Positions 36,531-46,700 of a stretch of DNA of 64,000 nucleotides are shown one piece after another. Every line of letters begins with the position of its first letter. The stretch's first letter is position 1. A model generated the notes under the pieces. The model saw only the letters and a program-made list of their open reading frames with translations, was not told the origin of the DNA and ran no database searches. The DNA is from a virus, in the IMG/VR virus record IMGVR_UViG_3300029574_000202; one strand, 5' to 3'. The position numbers and the translations under genes were made by a program.

Positions 36531-37277
36531 ATGAGTGCAAGTCAGTTAATAAGCCGAACCCCCAAAAGGGCGTATATTATCGCGCCAAGTGTAAAGCAGA
36601 AAGAGGAAATACTAAAGAGCATTGACCGCTATTGTTCGCTGTATTACATCACAATGGGTTCTGCATACAACATTGCCCAAACAGCGATGATAGACGCTTA
36701 CAACGCGATTAAAGAGGACAAAAAACTATACCGTCAGCAGACAAAGCAAAGCATCAACAAGGCTCTTGCTGCATACAACACATGGGATGCGAAGATGCGC
36801 TTTGTCCTCGCCGACCGCTATCAGCTTTGGCTTGACCTATCCGATGCGTCGGAAGCGGAACTGAAACCGCTCGTCACAACGCTCTATTACTGCATCGACA
36901 ACTACTTCCTAAAGAACAAGGTGCCGAAAAGCAAGATAATCGCCCGTATGGAGGCAGCAATGGTGCTGATAGATATTGCGGTAAACCTATTTAAGAACTT
37001 GTTTGATAACATCCAAAAGAAAATCGGCAAGGACTTGCGACCGATGTTCAGTGATGGCAACGCACTGGAGTTGCGACAAAATTGGAACAATGCCATGCAA
37101 TCCGTCATAAACTCGGTACCAGGAATGCCCGACATTGACATCAACGATGATGCGGACAGTGTTCAGGCGGCGAAGAATATCGTAACGAAAATCTCGAACG
37201 AGGGTGTTTACAACCGCGCAGGAGAGTATGCGTTACAGGTGAACCCAGAATATAAACCAGAAGATTACGGAATATAA
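36531..37277 (+). CDS. hypothetical protein (248 aa)
   Basis: ORF; start after the previous stop. Confidence 0.45.
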   Translation: MSASQLISRTPKRAYIIAPSVKQKEEILKSIDRYCSLYYITMGSAYNIAQTAMIDAYNAIKEDKKLYRQQTKQSINKALAAYNTWDAKMRFVLADRYQLWLDLSDASEAELKPLVTTLYYCIDNYFLKNKVPKSKIIARMEAAMVLIDIAVNLFKNLFDNIQKKIGKDLRPMFSDGNALELRQNWNNAMQSVINSVPGMPDIDINDDADSVQAAKNIVTKISNEGVYNRAGEYALQVNPEYKPEDYGI

Positions 37278-37338
37278 TAATATCAACGGCGCACGGACTA
37301 CAATAAAGCCGGCGCAAAAATAAAGTATAAAGATAGAA

Positions 37339-37629
37339 ATGAGTAGAGGAAAACATTTTTCACAGGAAGAGATAGAATTCCTAAAGGTTAATGCTCTTGT
37401 TATGACTACAAAGGAGCTTGCCGACAAACTCGGAAGAAATTATTGGGCAGTACATAGAAAACTGCAAGCAATGGGAGTAATAAAGAATCATGTATTTACT
37501 GCCGACGAGGACTTTATCATAAAAAGAATGTATGGTAAATACACTGCAAAGGTAATAGCTACCAAAATAGGAGTTGACGAGAATGCGATATACAATCGTT
37601 GTAAAAAACTAAAGTTAAGCCAGAAATGA
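37339..37629 (+). CDS. small DNA-binding protein with two HTH-like repeats (96 aa)
   Basis: The repeats TTKELADKLGRNYWAVHRKLQAMGV and TAKVIATKIGVDENAIYNRCKKL. Confidence 0.4.
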   Translation: MSRGKHFSQEEIEFLKVNALVMTTKELADKLGRNYWAVHRKLQAMGVIKNHVFTADEDFIIKRMYGKYTAKVIATKIGVDENAIYNRCKKLKLSQK

Positions 37630-38099
37630 TAAAGAGTTTTACAATAGACCACACAAGGCTAAAACCTGGAATATATGTTTCAAGGGAGGATAGTATAGGG
37701 AAAGAGCGAGCAACAACTTATGACTTGAGAGTCTGTTTGCCGAATAAAGAGCAATTGACACCAGAGATTGCGCATACGATAGAGCATCTTATGGCAGATT
37801 ATTTACGCAACGAATGGGTCTACAAACAAAAAGTTATTTATTTTGGGCCTATGGGATGTCTAACCGGTTTCTATCTAATTCTTAAAGGTAAACCGGACAT
37901 TGTAAGGGTCGCTTGCGCACTAGTAGAAGCATTGAGATATTGCTCTAACAGTTCGTCTATACCAGGTGCTACAGAAAAGGAATGCGGTAACTATAAGTTG
38001 AATGACTTACAAGGAGCTATCAAAACTTTGAAGGGTTTTAAGGAAGATATAGAGAATAAAATCTCAGAAGCATCAAATGTATTTTCATACCCACGTTAG
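37626..38099 (+). CDS. hypothetical protein (157 aa)
   Basis: ATGA overlap with the previous gene. Confidence 0.4.
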   Translation: MIKSFTIDHTRLKPGIYVSREDSIGKERATTYDLRVCLPNKEQLTPEIAHTIEHLMADYLRNEWVYKQKVIYFGPMGCLTGFYLILKGKPDIVRVACALVEALRYCSNSSSIPGATEKECGNYKLNDLQGAIKTLKGFKEDIENKISEASNVFSYPR

Positions 38100-38115
38100 A
38101 TTTATATGTAAACAT

Positions 38116-38171
38116 AAAGATTTGACTATCAGATACTTATTTTAAAAATAAGCTTTGATAGTCAAATCTTT
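38116..38171 (+). terminator. Strong intrinsic terminator, followed by a late promoter (TAtaTTTGcacc at about 38176-38190)
   Basis: Perfect 16-bp inverted repeat AAAGATTTGACTATCA...TGATAGTCAAATCTTT with a palindromic loop and a trailing T-rich run. It immediately precedes the structural operon. Confidence 0.55.
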
Positions 38172-38251
38172 ATTATTATATTTGCACCATAATAACTGCT
38201 GTGATAAATCGTACTGGGATATTTAATGATTAATCACTAAATATCAATAAA

Positions 38252-38938
38252 ATGAAGAAAAAGACAAAGCAGGTATTAAGTATTTTGAAACCTAAATGTA
38301 AGGCGTTAGGGTTCAATTTGGAAGAGTTAGAGGGTATTGCCGCAGACATTGCCGATAACCTTGAACTTGATGAAGAAGCCTCAGAAGAGGAGATAAACGA
38401 GAAGATTTCGTCAGAAGTCGAAGCGGTTATCCCTTATCTTAAGATCGCTCAAAAGGCGTCAAATCGTGTTATTCAGAATTCAAAGAATAACAAAAACCCA
38501 GAAAGCGATGACAACGACACGAATGCCGGCCAAGATGGCGTCAACCAGGAGAAAGAAGAAGAAAAAGTTCCGGTTTGGGCACAAGCAATTATCACCCAGC
38601 AAAAAGCGATACAAACAGAACTAACTGGTTTAAAGTCCGAGCGAGAAACAGACGGAAGACGCTCAAAGTTAAAAGCATTGTTGAAAGACACCGGCACTTT
38701 CGGCAAGAGTACCCTCAAAAACTTTGACAAGATAAAGTTCGAGAACGAGGCAGATTTCGAAGAGTTCTATGATGGTGTAGTAGAGGATTTAGCAACATTA
38801 AACCAGGAAAGAGCCAACGCGGGTCTCGCCAAACTTGGAGCAACCGCAGCTACAAGTGGGAACAAAAAAGAAAAAGAGGGCGATAAGCCAGAAGTCATCA
38901 GCGAAAAAGAGATTGAAGAGTTGGCAGGAACAATGTAA
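38252..38938 (+). CDS. Scaffolding protein (putative)
   Basis: Acidic, Glu/Lys-rich and coiled-coil; 228 aa; sits two genes upstream of the putative major capsid gene. Confidence 0.45.
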   Translation: MKKKTKQVLSILKPKCKALGFNLEELEGIAADIADNLELDEEASEEEINEKISSEVEAVIPYLKIAQKASNRVIQNSKNNKNPESDDNDTNAGQDGVNQEKEEEKVPVWAQAIITQQKAIQTELTGLKSERETDGRRSKLKALLKDTGTFGKSTLKNFDKIKFENEADFEEFYDGVVEDLATLNQERANAGLAKLGATAATSGNKKEKEGDKPEVISEKEIEELAGTM

Positions 38939-38956
38939 AACAAAAAAAGTAAAATT

Positions 38957-39349
38957 ATGTATGGATTAGAAGCAGCAGAAGTTTTTGACTCTGGTAAAGA
39001 GTCTGTTGTCATCCGTAAATATCTAAATGGTATTACAGGTGGCGTTGTGCTTGACATGACCGGGTTCGACGAGCCATTTATAAAATGTGGCCACGTAATC
39101 ATTCGCAGCACAAAGGATGGAGAATACAAACCTATGCCGGTTTCTGGAAAGGAGTATTCTTCATTACCAGCGAATTGCGAGTATGTCGGCGTTTGTATGA
39201 CAACCGCTCCCAAAGACACACCTCACGTCGGCGTACTCACAGCCGGGGAGGTTAACGACAGAGCAGTACCCTACTCAGTAGAAACCATTAAAGCAGCGTT
39301 TAAAACAGCGGTTCCCACAATACAGTGGGGACATGACAAAATCAATTAA
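38957..39349 (+). CDS. hypothetical head protein (130 aa)
   Basis: ORF between the scaffold and capsid genes. Confidence 0.4.
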   Translation: MYGLEAAEVFDSGKESVVIRKYLNGITGGVVLDMTGFDEPFIKCGHVIIRSTKDGEYKPMPVSGKEYSSLPANCEYVGVCMTTAPKDTPHVGVLTAGEVNDRAVPYSVETIKAAFKTAVPTIQWGHDKIN

Positions 39350-39351
39350 TT

Positions 39352-40653
39352 ATGAACAGTTCATTATTTCTAAAGTATGTATTGAGTTTCTTCCCCGTTC
39401 TGAAGACACTCATTGAGAAGATAAATGGCAAAAGAGGAAACGAGCTTACATATCTCCACAAAGACACATCAATTCTTCGCCGCGTCTACTCGACTGACAA
39501 CAAGTGGGAGGCCGATACAGTAGACACAAGCTATGTAGCCGCTGACTATGTAGCCATCGACTCACCGGTTCCATTGAAATCTCGTGACCGCATTTCCGTA
39601 GCCAACGGAAAGCTGCCGAAGATGGGTATGAAGAAGAATCTTAAGGAGTCCGAAATCCTCGCTCTTCGCATAATGGAAGCGCAGGGCGGTCAGACAGCAG
39701 AGATACGAAGGAAACTGGCACAGGATCCAGTTGCATGCTCCGTAGGTATCGATGAGCGAAACGAATATGCCCTACTCTATGGACTTTCAAATGGTTATGT
39801 AGCGGTTCGCGATGATGACAATCCAAAGGAGTTGCTCCGTATTAACTATCAGTATCCCGAAGATAACAAGCTCGGAATCAACAACAAGAAAGACGGTCTC
39901 ACCGTAGACGACTTAAAAAACGCTATTGAAAGAGCGACAAACGACGGTAACACAATTATCCAGTTCTGGATTGCAAAGACAACTTTTGATGCGTTAAAGA
40001 AGACCCAGGGTGCGAAAGAGCTCGTAGCGACTTATAACGGACAGTCATACGATTCGAACACAAAGTTGCCAACTCCAACGACAACCAAGTTCCAAGAAGC
40101 TTTTGAGGATGAGACAGGCGTAACATTCCGCATAATCAATCGCACTGTTCGCCTCGAAGAGGATGGAGGACGCCGCAGTGTTAAGCCTTGGAACAAGAAT
40201 ATGGTTATCGGAGTCTGCAATACCATGATTGGAGCACTTGTTTACGGACAGGTAGCGGAATCAACTAACCGCGTAAGTGGTGTGACCTACCAGCAGATTG
40301 ATTACAAGCTCATATCGCAATACTCAACAACAGACCCACTAATGGAGACAACCGCTGTTCAGGCGTATTGCTTACCTGTAATTGAAGACGTTGACTCTAT
40401 CTACCAGATAGACATCACAGTCGAAGACCATGTAATTGAAGTTGATGACGCAAAAGAGTCTGAAGACGCATCCGATGAAAAGGTAACCATTGCAGATAAG
40501 ACCTACAAAAAGGCGGAAGCAATTGCCGGTCTTAATGCTCTTGGAGCAAGCTTACCAAGCAATGCTTCTGATGCGGATATCGTAGCTGCGTACAATGAGC
40601 TTCCTCCAGTAAAGAAAGGACAGTTTAAAACAAATGTGACACCAACAACTTAA
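39352..40653 (+). CDS. Major capsid protein (putative)
   Basis: A 433-aa ORF following the scaffold gene; it is the largest head-module ORF. Synteny only. Confidence 0.5.
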   Translation: MNSSLFLKYVLSFFPVLKTLIEKINGKRGNELTYLHKDTSILRRVYSTDNKWEADTVDTSYVAADYVAIDSPVPLKSRDRISVANGKLPKMGMKKNLKESEILALRIMEAQGGQTAEIRRKLAQDPVACSVGIDERNEYALLYGLSNGYVAVRDDDNPKELLRINYQYPEDNKLGINNKKDGLTVDDLKNAIERATNDGNTIIQFWIAKTTFDALKKTQGAKELVATYNGQSYDSNTKLPTPTTTKFQEAFEDETGVTFRIINRTVRLEEDGGRRSVKPWNKNMVIGVCNTMIGALVYGQVAESTNRVSGVTYQQIDYKLISQYSTTDPLMETTAVQAYCLPVIEDVDSIYQIDITVEDHVIEVDDAKESEDASDEKVTIADKTYKKAEAIAGLNALGASLPSNASDADIVAAYNELPPVKKGQFKTNVTPTT

Positions 40654-40657
40654 AGTT

Positions 40658-40987
40658 ATGAAGACAATCGGGCAAGCGTTAATCGATGAAATACACATAC
40701 CAATTCCATTCGGGTATATAGAGAACGTGTGTATCAAGCGTAATTTGGACGTTTCTGATGATTTCGACTACGAGTCATCTAAGAGCGAAGCGTACAAAGG
40801 TGCGCTTGCCGATTGCCTAATGTCACTAGTTCAGGCAGTCAATTTCTCTGAGTCGGATAAGTCTATAGGTTCTCTTACCGAAGACCAGCGTCAAGCCATA
40901 ACGCTAAAAGCAAATGGTCTATACAAAGAAATAGGGGAAAGCGAGATTCCAACAAGACCAGTACCCACAGTTTATATAAATTGTTGA
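40658..40987 (+). CDS. head-tail connector/adaptor (putative, 109 aa)
   Basis: Synteny downstream of the capsid gene. Confidence 0.35.
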   Translation: MKTIGQALIDEIHIPIPFGYIENVCIKRNLDVSDDFDYESSKSEAYKGALADCLMSLVQAVNFSESDKSIGSLTEDQRQAITLKANGLYKEIGESEIPTRPVPTVYINC

Positions 40988-41316
40988 TGAGTTTACTAAA
41001 TTTCAACGCCTCTAAGCTTTATCGCCAAACCAAGACAGAAGGTTATACCGATGTGAATGGCGACTATCACCCCGGAAAAATCAAGTGGGAATACTGCTGT
41101 TCATGCGATGTTGTGCCAGCAGGAGAAGCTAACAAGATAGCTATCCCAGACGGATCTATTGATTTTTACTCATATACAGTATACAATATACCGGTATGTG
41201 TAAAAAAGTTTAACTACGGAGATTTTGTGCGACTTTTAGTCTTGGGCGAGGAAGAAGTAATCCTAAAGGTTAAGGGATTTCATCGATACCAACTTCAATG
41301 CAAATTATGGGTATAA
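40981..41316 (+). CDS. head-tail joining protein (putative, 111 aa)
   Basis: Synteny. Confidence 0.35.
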   Translation: MLMSLLNFNASKLYRQTKTEGYTDVNGDYHPGKIKWEYCCSCDVVPAGEANKIAIPDGSIDFYSYTVYNIPVCVKKFNYGDFVRLLVLGEEEVILKVKGFHRYQLQCKLWV

Positions 41317-41789
41317 GGATAGTAACACCAGAAAACTCGGTAAAAGAGTTCCTGTTTCGGGCAGCATCGTATTTGCAATCTGCAATACTAAATGCATTAT
41401 GCAAGCTTGGAGAAGAATGTGTCGTTAAAATCAGGAATCGTTCTTCAAGGGAGAGCTGGATAGACCATACAGGCAACCTGCGAAGTTCAATAGGCTACTC
41501 AGTATACGACCACGGTAAGAAATTTTTGTCATCAGCCTTTTCACAGGTGCTTTCAGGTGTAGCCGGAACAGCTAAAGGAAAGAAGCTGATTGAAGATTTA
41601 GCAAAAGAGTATTCCCGTGTTTATGCCCTAGTAGTCATAGCTGCCATGGAATACGCAGCAGAGGTCGAAGCGATAGATAGCAAGGATGTGCTATCATCAA
41701 CAAAGACATGGGCTGTTGGTCAAGTAGAGTCACGCATAAAAACCGCAGTGGATTTTGCTATCTTGGAAATAAACAAATGGAAGATATGA
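41298..41789 (+). CDS. head-tail joining / tail completion protein (putative, 163 aa)
   Basis: Synteny. Confidence 0.35.
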   Translation: MQIMGIRIVTPENSVKEFLFRAASYLQSAILNALCKLGEECVVKIRNRSSRESWIDHTGNLRSSIGYSVYDHGKKFLSSAFSQVLSGVAGTAKGKKLIEDLAKEYSRVYALVVIAAMEYAAEVEAIDSKDVLSSTKTWAVGQVESRIKTAVDFAILEINKWKI

Positions 41790-42178
41790 GGTCAGACGGA
41801 ACTATAAGGACAGACGTATATCACTATATCAAAGGCAGTGTATTAGACAATGCTACAAATGGCATGGTGACAAAGAAAAAGCGCCCTGCGAAGTCGCATA
41901 AGGAAGACATTGTTATCTCCATACTTTCAAATGAGGGAGTACAAAACCAAACCGCAATTGTCAATGTGAACATCTATGTTCAAGATTACGATGTGGAAGG
42001 CCAGTTTGAAGAGAATACGGCTCGTGTAGATGAATTATGCGAAATAGCTTGGAAACTACTTGAACATTTCAGAACAGACGAGTATGTTGCACATGCAATA
42101 AATCAACGTGTTTATCCAACAGATAGCGGAGAGCACATTATAAATAATCAAATAGAATACAAAACTTTAAACGATTAA
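41777..42178 (+). CDS. tail terminator (putative, about 133 aa)
   Basis: Synteny; the start is chosen at MEDMRSD, overlapping the previous stop. Confidence 0.35.
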   Translation: MEDMRSDGTIRTDVYHYIKGSVLDNATNGMVTKKKRPAKSHKEDIVISILSNEGVQNQTAIVNVNIYVQDYDVEGQFEENTARVDELCEIAWKLLEHFRTDEYVAHAINQRVYPTDSGEHIINNQIEYKTLND

Positions 42179-42181
42179 ATT

Positions 42182-42763
42182 ATGTCAGTAACATCTTGGG
42201 GCAAATGCTCTATATTCATTCAGCCTGTCGGCTCAGCCAAAAATGAGTGGGACAAGCTTGATACACCGAAAGAGGATACAACACAGGTTACTCCTACTAA
42301 AGGTGACACAATGACGCAGACTGAAGAAGGTGGCGGCACAGTCGATAGAAAGACGAAGAAGTCAACCTATGAAGCTGCATATCAGTTATTCATTAAAAAG
42401 GGAGTCTCCCAGCCATTTAAGACCATAGACGGCGTTGTAGAAGGAAACTATCGTCTCGCTATTCAACCTGAAGATCCAGAATTGCCTGGTGTGTATATGG
42501 GCAATACAACCGTGGGTGCAGAGGAAGCCTTTACTACGGCAGATGGTGCATTGATCACATACACGCATTCTGCTCTCATCCCTGATGGTGATGTAGTAGC
42601 TAAAACAACAAACAAGAAAAACGAGGATGTGTATTGTGCTTACCGATGGCGTGTAATAAAAGCGACAAAGGGTACAGGTGGTAAATACGCATTGAAGTTT
42701 AGCACTCCACAAGCAGGCGAAACCCCACCTACAGAGATTGAGGAAACTTACACAAGCGTATAA
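42182..42763 (+). CDS. Major tail protein (putative, 193 aa)
   Basis: Its position before the chaperone and tape-measure genes is typical of siphoviruses. Confidence 0.4.
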   Translation: MSVTSWGKCSIFIQPVGSAKNEWDKLDTPKEDTTQVTPTKGDTMTQTEEGGGTVDRKTKKSTYEAAYQLFIKKGVSQPFKTIDGVVEGNYRLAIQPEDPELPGVYMGNTTVGAEEAFTTADGALITYTHSALIPDGDVVAKTTNKKNEDVYCAYRWRVIKATKGTGGKYALKFSTPQAGETPPTEIEETYTSV

Positions 42764-42806
42764 TGTGTCTCTCCCTTCGCCGATTGAGGGTAGTCAGTCG
42801 GCATAA

Positions 42807-42911
42807 GCCCAAGTAGCTCAGTTGGAAGAGCATGGTCTAAAGTTAGCCATTGTTTAAATCCGCAGACCATAAAGCGGTTGAGAGTCGCAGGTTCGAATCC
42901 TGTCTTGGGCA
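42807..42911 (+). tRNA. tRNA-like gene of aberrant length (105 nt). The acceptor stem, D-arm and T-arm are canonical, but the anticodon region is a 6-bp stem enclosing 25 nt and the variable region is 17 nt. It may be an intron- or insertion-containing tRNA or a tRNA-like structure; no CCA is encoded.
   Basis: Acceptor GCCCAAG pairs with CTTGGGC; D-arm GCTC AGTTGGAA GAGC; T-arm GCAGG TTCGAAT CCTGT. Between them TGGTCT...AGACCA flanks AAAGTTAGCCATTGTTTAAATCCGC, followed by TAAAGCGGTTGAGAGTC. Confidence 0.5.
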
Positions 42912-42912
42912 C

Positions 42913-43626
42913 ATGAAAGAATTAGGAACCATCATAGCAAACGTATTAACAGATACGCCTATCTATTTCACGATAGGCAATAAACGTTATTGTGCTTATC
43001 CGCCGACGTTAGGAAAGATGTATCTAATTTCCCAATTGTTAGAAACACTCGGAATAAATAAGGAAAACATAGCCACTAACCCAGTTTTAGAAATAATGCG
43101 AGTAGTAAAAGCAAAAAGAATGGAATGCTGTAAACTACTCGCATATCACATTACAAACAAAAGAGAAAAGCTATTAGACATAGAATGGATCGAGAGAGTA
43201 AGTAATTCTCTCTATAGAGCCGCAGACGACGAAGACCTTACAACACTTCTAGTTGTAATACTGAAAGAAAGCAGCCTAGAGAACATTGTTAGTATGACCG
43301 GAATAGACAAGGAAACAGAAAGAATGTCAAATGTAAGCGCAGCAAAAGACACGAAGAACCAATATGTATTCGGAGGCAATACGATATGGGGTTCCATGAT
43401 AGATGTGGCTTGCGAACGATACGGATGGTCTTACGACTATGTAGTATGGGGAATATCATACAATAACCTAACGCTTATGCTTAAAGACAAGATAACATCA
43501 ATCTATCTGTCTGATGAAGAAGCAAAGAAATGCAGGATACCACAACAAAGCGGAGATTACATCAACGGAAACGATAGGAAAGCTGTAATGATGGCGGCGA
43601 TGGAAAGTGAACTCAACCCCGAATAA
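42913..43626 (+). CDS. Tail assembly chaperone-position protein (about 237 aa)
   Basis: Lies between the putative major tail protein and the tape-measure gene. The track ORF from 42850 overlaps the tRNA-like gene, so the start is moved to MKELGTI. Confidence 0.4.
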   Translation: MKELGTIIANVLTDTPIYFTIGNKRYCAYPPTLGKMYLISQLLETLGINKENIATNPVLEIMRVVKAKRMECCKLLAYHITNKREKLLDIEWIERVSNSLYRAADDEDLTTLLVVILKESSLENIVSMTGIDKETERMSNVSAAKDTKNQYVFGGNTIWGSMIDVACERYGWSYDYVVWGISYNNLTLMLKDKITSIYLSDEEAKKCRIPQQSGDYINGNDRKAVMMAAMESELNPE

Positions 43627-43724
43627 CCGACCTCTCACGCACACGCGCACGAAATTAATTCCTATTTAGAATACATGTCTCAATAATCACCGTGTTACAC
43701 CTAACCAAAGAAATTTAGAACACC

Positions 43725-46700
43725 ATGCCAAGTTTAAAATTTGATGCTGTCATAGAAACAGGAAAAGTTGTCTCAGGTTTCCAGGATATTCAGAATGCTG
43801 TTCACAAGACAGCGGCGACAGTAGAGTCTGAGGGCAAGAGCATTGATGATATAATAAACAAAATACAGAACACAGTTAATATAGCTATTGGTGGATGGAG
43901 TATAGGAAAGTTTGTAAGTCAGATGATGCAGGTCAGAGGTCAATTCCAACAGACGGAAATGGCATTTAAAACCATGCTTCAAAGTGAGGAGAAAGCGAAA
44001 GACCTGATGCAGCAGCTGATAAATACCGCAGCCATAACGCCATTTGGTGTAGATGATGTTACAGAAGGAGCAAAACAGTTGCTAGCCTTTAATGTAGCTG
44101 CAAAAGATGTCAATGATACGCTTATAAGACTCGGTGATGTTGCAGCTGGCATGGGAGTAAGCTTATCTGAAATGGTAATGTTATATGGAACCACCATAGC
44201 AAAGGGCAAGATGGATACAATGGATTTGTACCAATTCCTCAATCGAGGTATTCCTATCGCTGATGAACTGGCTAAGGTTATGGGTCTTGATGTTAATAAC
44301 GCAATTGCCGAAGTCAAAGAACAACTTACAGCCGGCAAGGTGACAAGTGATATATTCATTAAGGCTATGCAGAACATGACATCAGAAGGAAGTAAGTTTG
44401 GCGGCATGATGAAAGCACAGTCTAAAACTATCACTGGTCAGATAAGCAATATTGAAGACGCAATAGAACAGATGTTCAATGAGCTTGGCAGATCACAAGA
44501 AGGAATTATCAATACGGGACTTGATGCAGTGTCCACAATCGTAGAAAACTGGCGCAAGGTTGGCGAGGTAGTGATGGTAGCAGCAACGGCATACGGTACA
44601 TACAAAGCTGTTCTCATGGCTGTCAGCGCTCTTCAAGTGCTAAACAACCGTATACTTCAGCAGGCTGTTGTTGAAAAAACGCTCGCAGCAGCCGCCGGCA
44701 TAAATTTATCAAACGCAGAGGCAGTTGCGGCAGCACGAACAAAATTCCTGACATTAGCACAACAGGGACTTACAACAGCATTAAAGGAAACTGCAGCCGC
44801 AACGCTGTTGAACCCATACGTACTTATGGCTGCCGCTATTACAAGCCTTGTCTACACGATATACAAGTTTTCAACGGCAGCCTCAGCGGCAGAGATAGCG
44901 CAGAATGCTTGGAATAAAAGTATGGATGAATTTAACAGGAAGGCAGAAGACCGCAAACAGAAGATTAAAGAGTTAGTTCAAATTATTCAAGGCGCTGATT
45001 CCACCAGTCTGGAGAAACAACTTGCTTTTGACGAACTGGGTACTGTAGCCCCCGAACTTACTAAGGTTTATGACAGCGTTAAAAAACTCGAAGACACCGA
45101 TTTGACTAATTTCAACAAGCAACTGAATGAAATGACCGGCAAAGACCGCGAGGTGGGGTTAAAGGCACAGATAAAACAACTAAAAGAATATGCAAAGGCC
45201 TTGCAAGATAATTCTGCGTCTGCTGCAGCAGGATCCGCAAGACGTGCTGCTGTGCAAGGCTTAAAGGATAACTATGGCATCGAAGCTCCCTGGTCATTTA
45301 ATAAAGACGAAAAGTTAAACGACGCCATCTTCGAGTACATGGTAAAGCTACAAAGCGAACTTGACAAAATACAAAAAGCGAAGGATGAACTGGAAACGCC
45401 TACACAGATAGATGTCAAACTTGCCGAGGAGGACTATAAGCAAAGCAAGGATGAATTAGACTACCTGTCCAGGTTCGCCCTTGCAATGAAAGACGATATA
45501 GAGAAGAAGCCTACAAATATTCCTTTCGAAGGAAGAAATGCCGAGAAGGTTATAGTGGAGCTTGAAGACAAGGTCAACGACCTTAAGAAGGAGCAGGAAG
45601 AGCACCCCATCCAATTCACAGCAGATAAGAAAAAAGCGCTTGATAAATACCAAGAACTGCTTGGAGACATTAAGAGATGGAAAAATACAGCGTGGAAGCA
45701 GGGAGTGTTTACTATACCAGTTGAGATACAGTTCAAGATGAAACAATTGCAGGACGAGACAGACAAGGCAAAGGGCCATTTTAATTATGTCACTGGTAAA
45801 TACGAAGAAGCAAACAAGGATGAGTCATATGCAGCCGCCAAGAAGCGAGCAAAGATTAACTATCAAGCGGCTGTAAAGGCAGAGAAAGAGGCAAGAAAGG
45901 GATCTAACAAAGATTGGGAGAATGCGAAGGAAGACCTCGATGCCAAGAAGAAAGAATACGAAAAGTATTGGGGAAGCATATCTGAGGCTTCGAGCAAGGC
46001 AAACAAATCGATGACCGATGCAAAGAAAAGGGCGGAGGAACAGAGAAAAGCGCAGGAAGAGTTGAGCAATGCTTTAAAGGAGCTTATCCAGAAGAATATG
46101 GACGATGAAATCTCCATTATGCGCGAAGGAACGGAAAAGAAACTAAAGGAGATTGACAATGACTATAAGAAGCGTATAGCAGAAATAAAAAAGCAAGAGA
46201 CAGAGTTCAAGAAGAAAAACAAGGAAGCAGGTAAAGCCTCATCACTCACCAAAGGACAGTCAAAGGCAATTAGTGAGGCGAAATACCTTGCCAGTCTTAA
46301 TAAAGAACAAAAGATTAGAGAAGTCAACAAGGAAGCATCAGATAAAGAGCAAAATGACCTCTATGAATATCTTAAGGAGTATGGTAGCGTTCAGCAGCAG
46401 AAACTCGCAATCACGCAAGAGTACGCGGATAAGATAGCCAAAGCCGAAAATGCTTATCAAAAGGCATCACTTGCAAACCAGCGCGACAACGAGCTGAAGA
46501 AAATAGATGCAAGCGATGTGTTTGAACAAATAGACTGGGAGAATGTCTTTGCTGACCTCTCATCTCACACAAAGGAGTATCTCGTTTCCTTGCGTGCACA
46601 GCTACAGTCATTATTAAAAAGTGGTAAGTTAACTGATGTCTCTGATATATCCAAGGTACAGGAGAAAATCAACGATATCAATGCCGAGATAAGCAAGCAG

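Noticed and set aside
42807-42911. Group I intron in the tRNA-like gene
   Set aside because: The insertion is only about 25-30 nt, far too short for a group I intron. It is left as an unexplained insertion or atypical structure.
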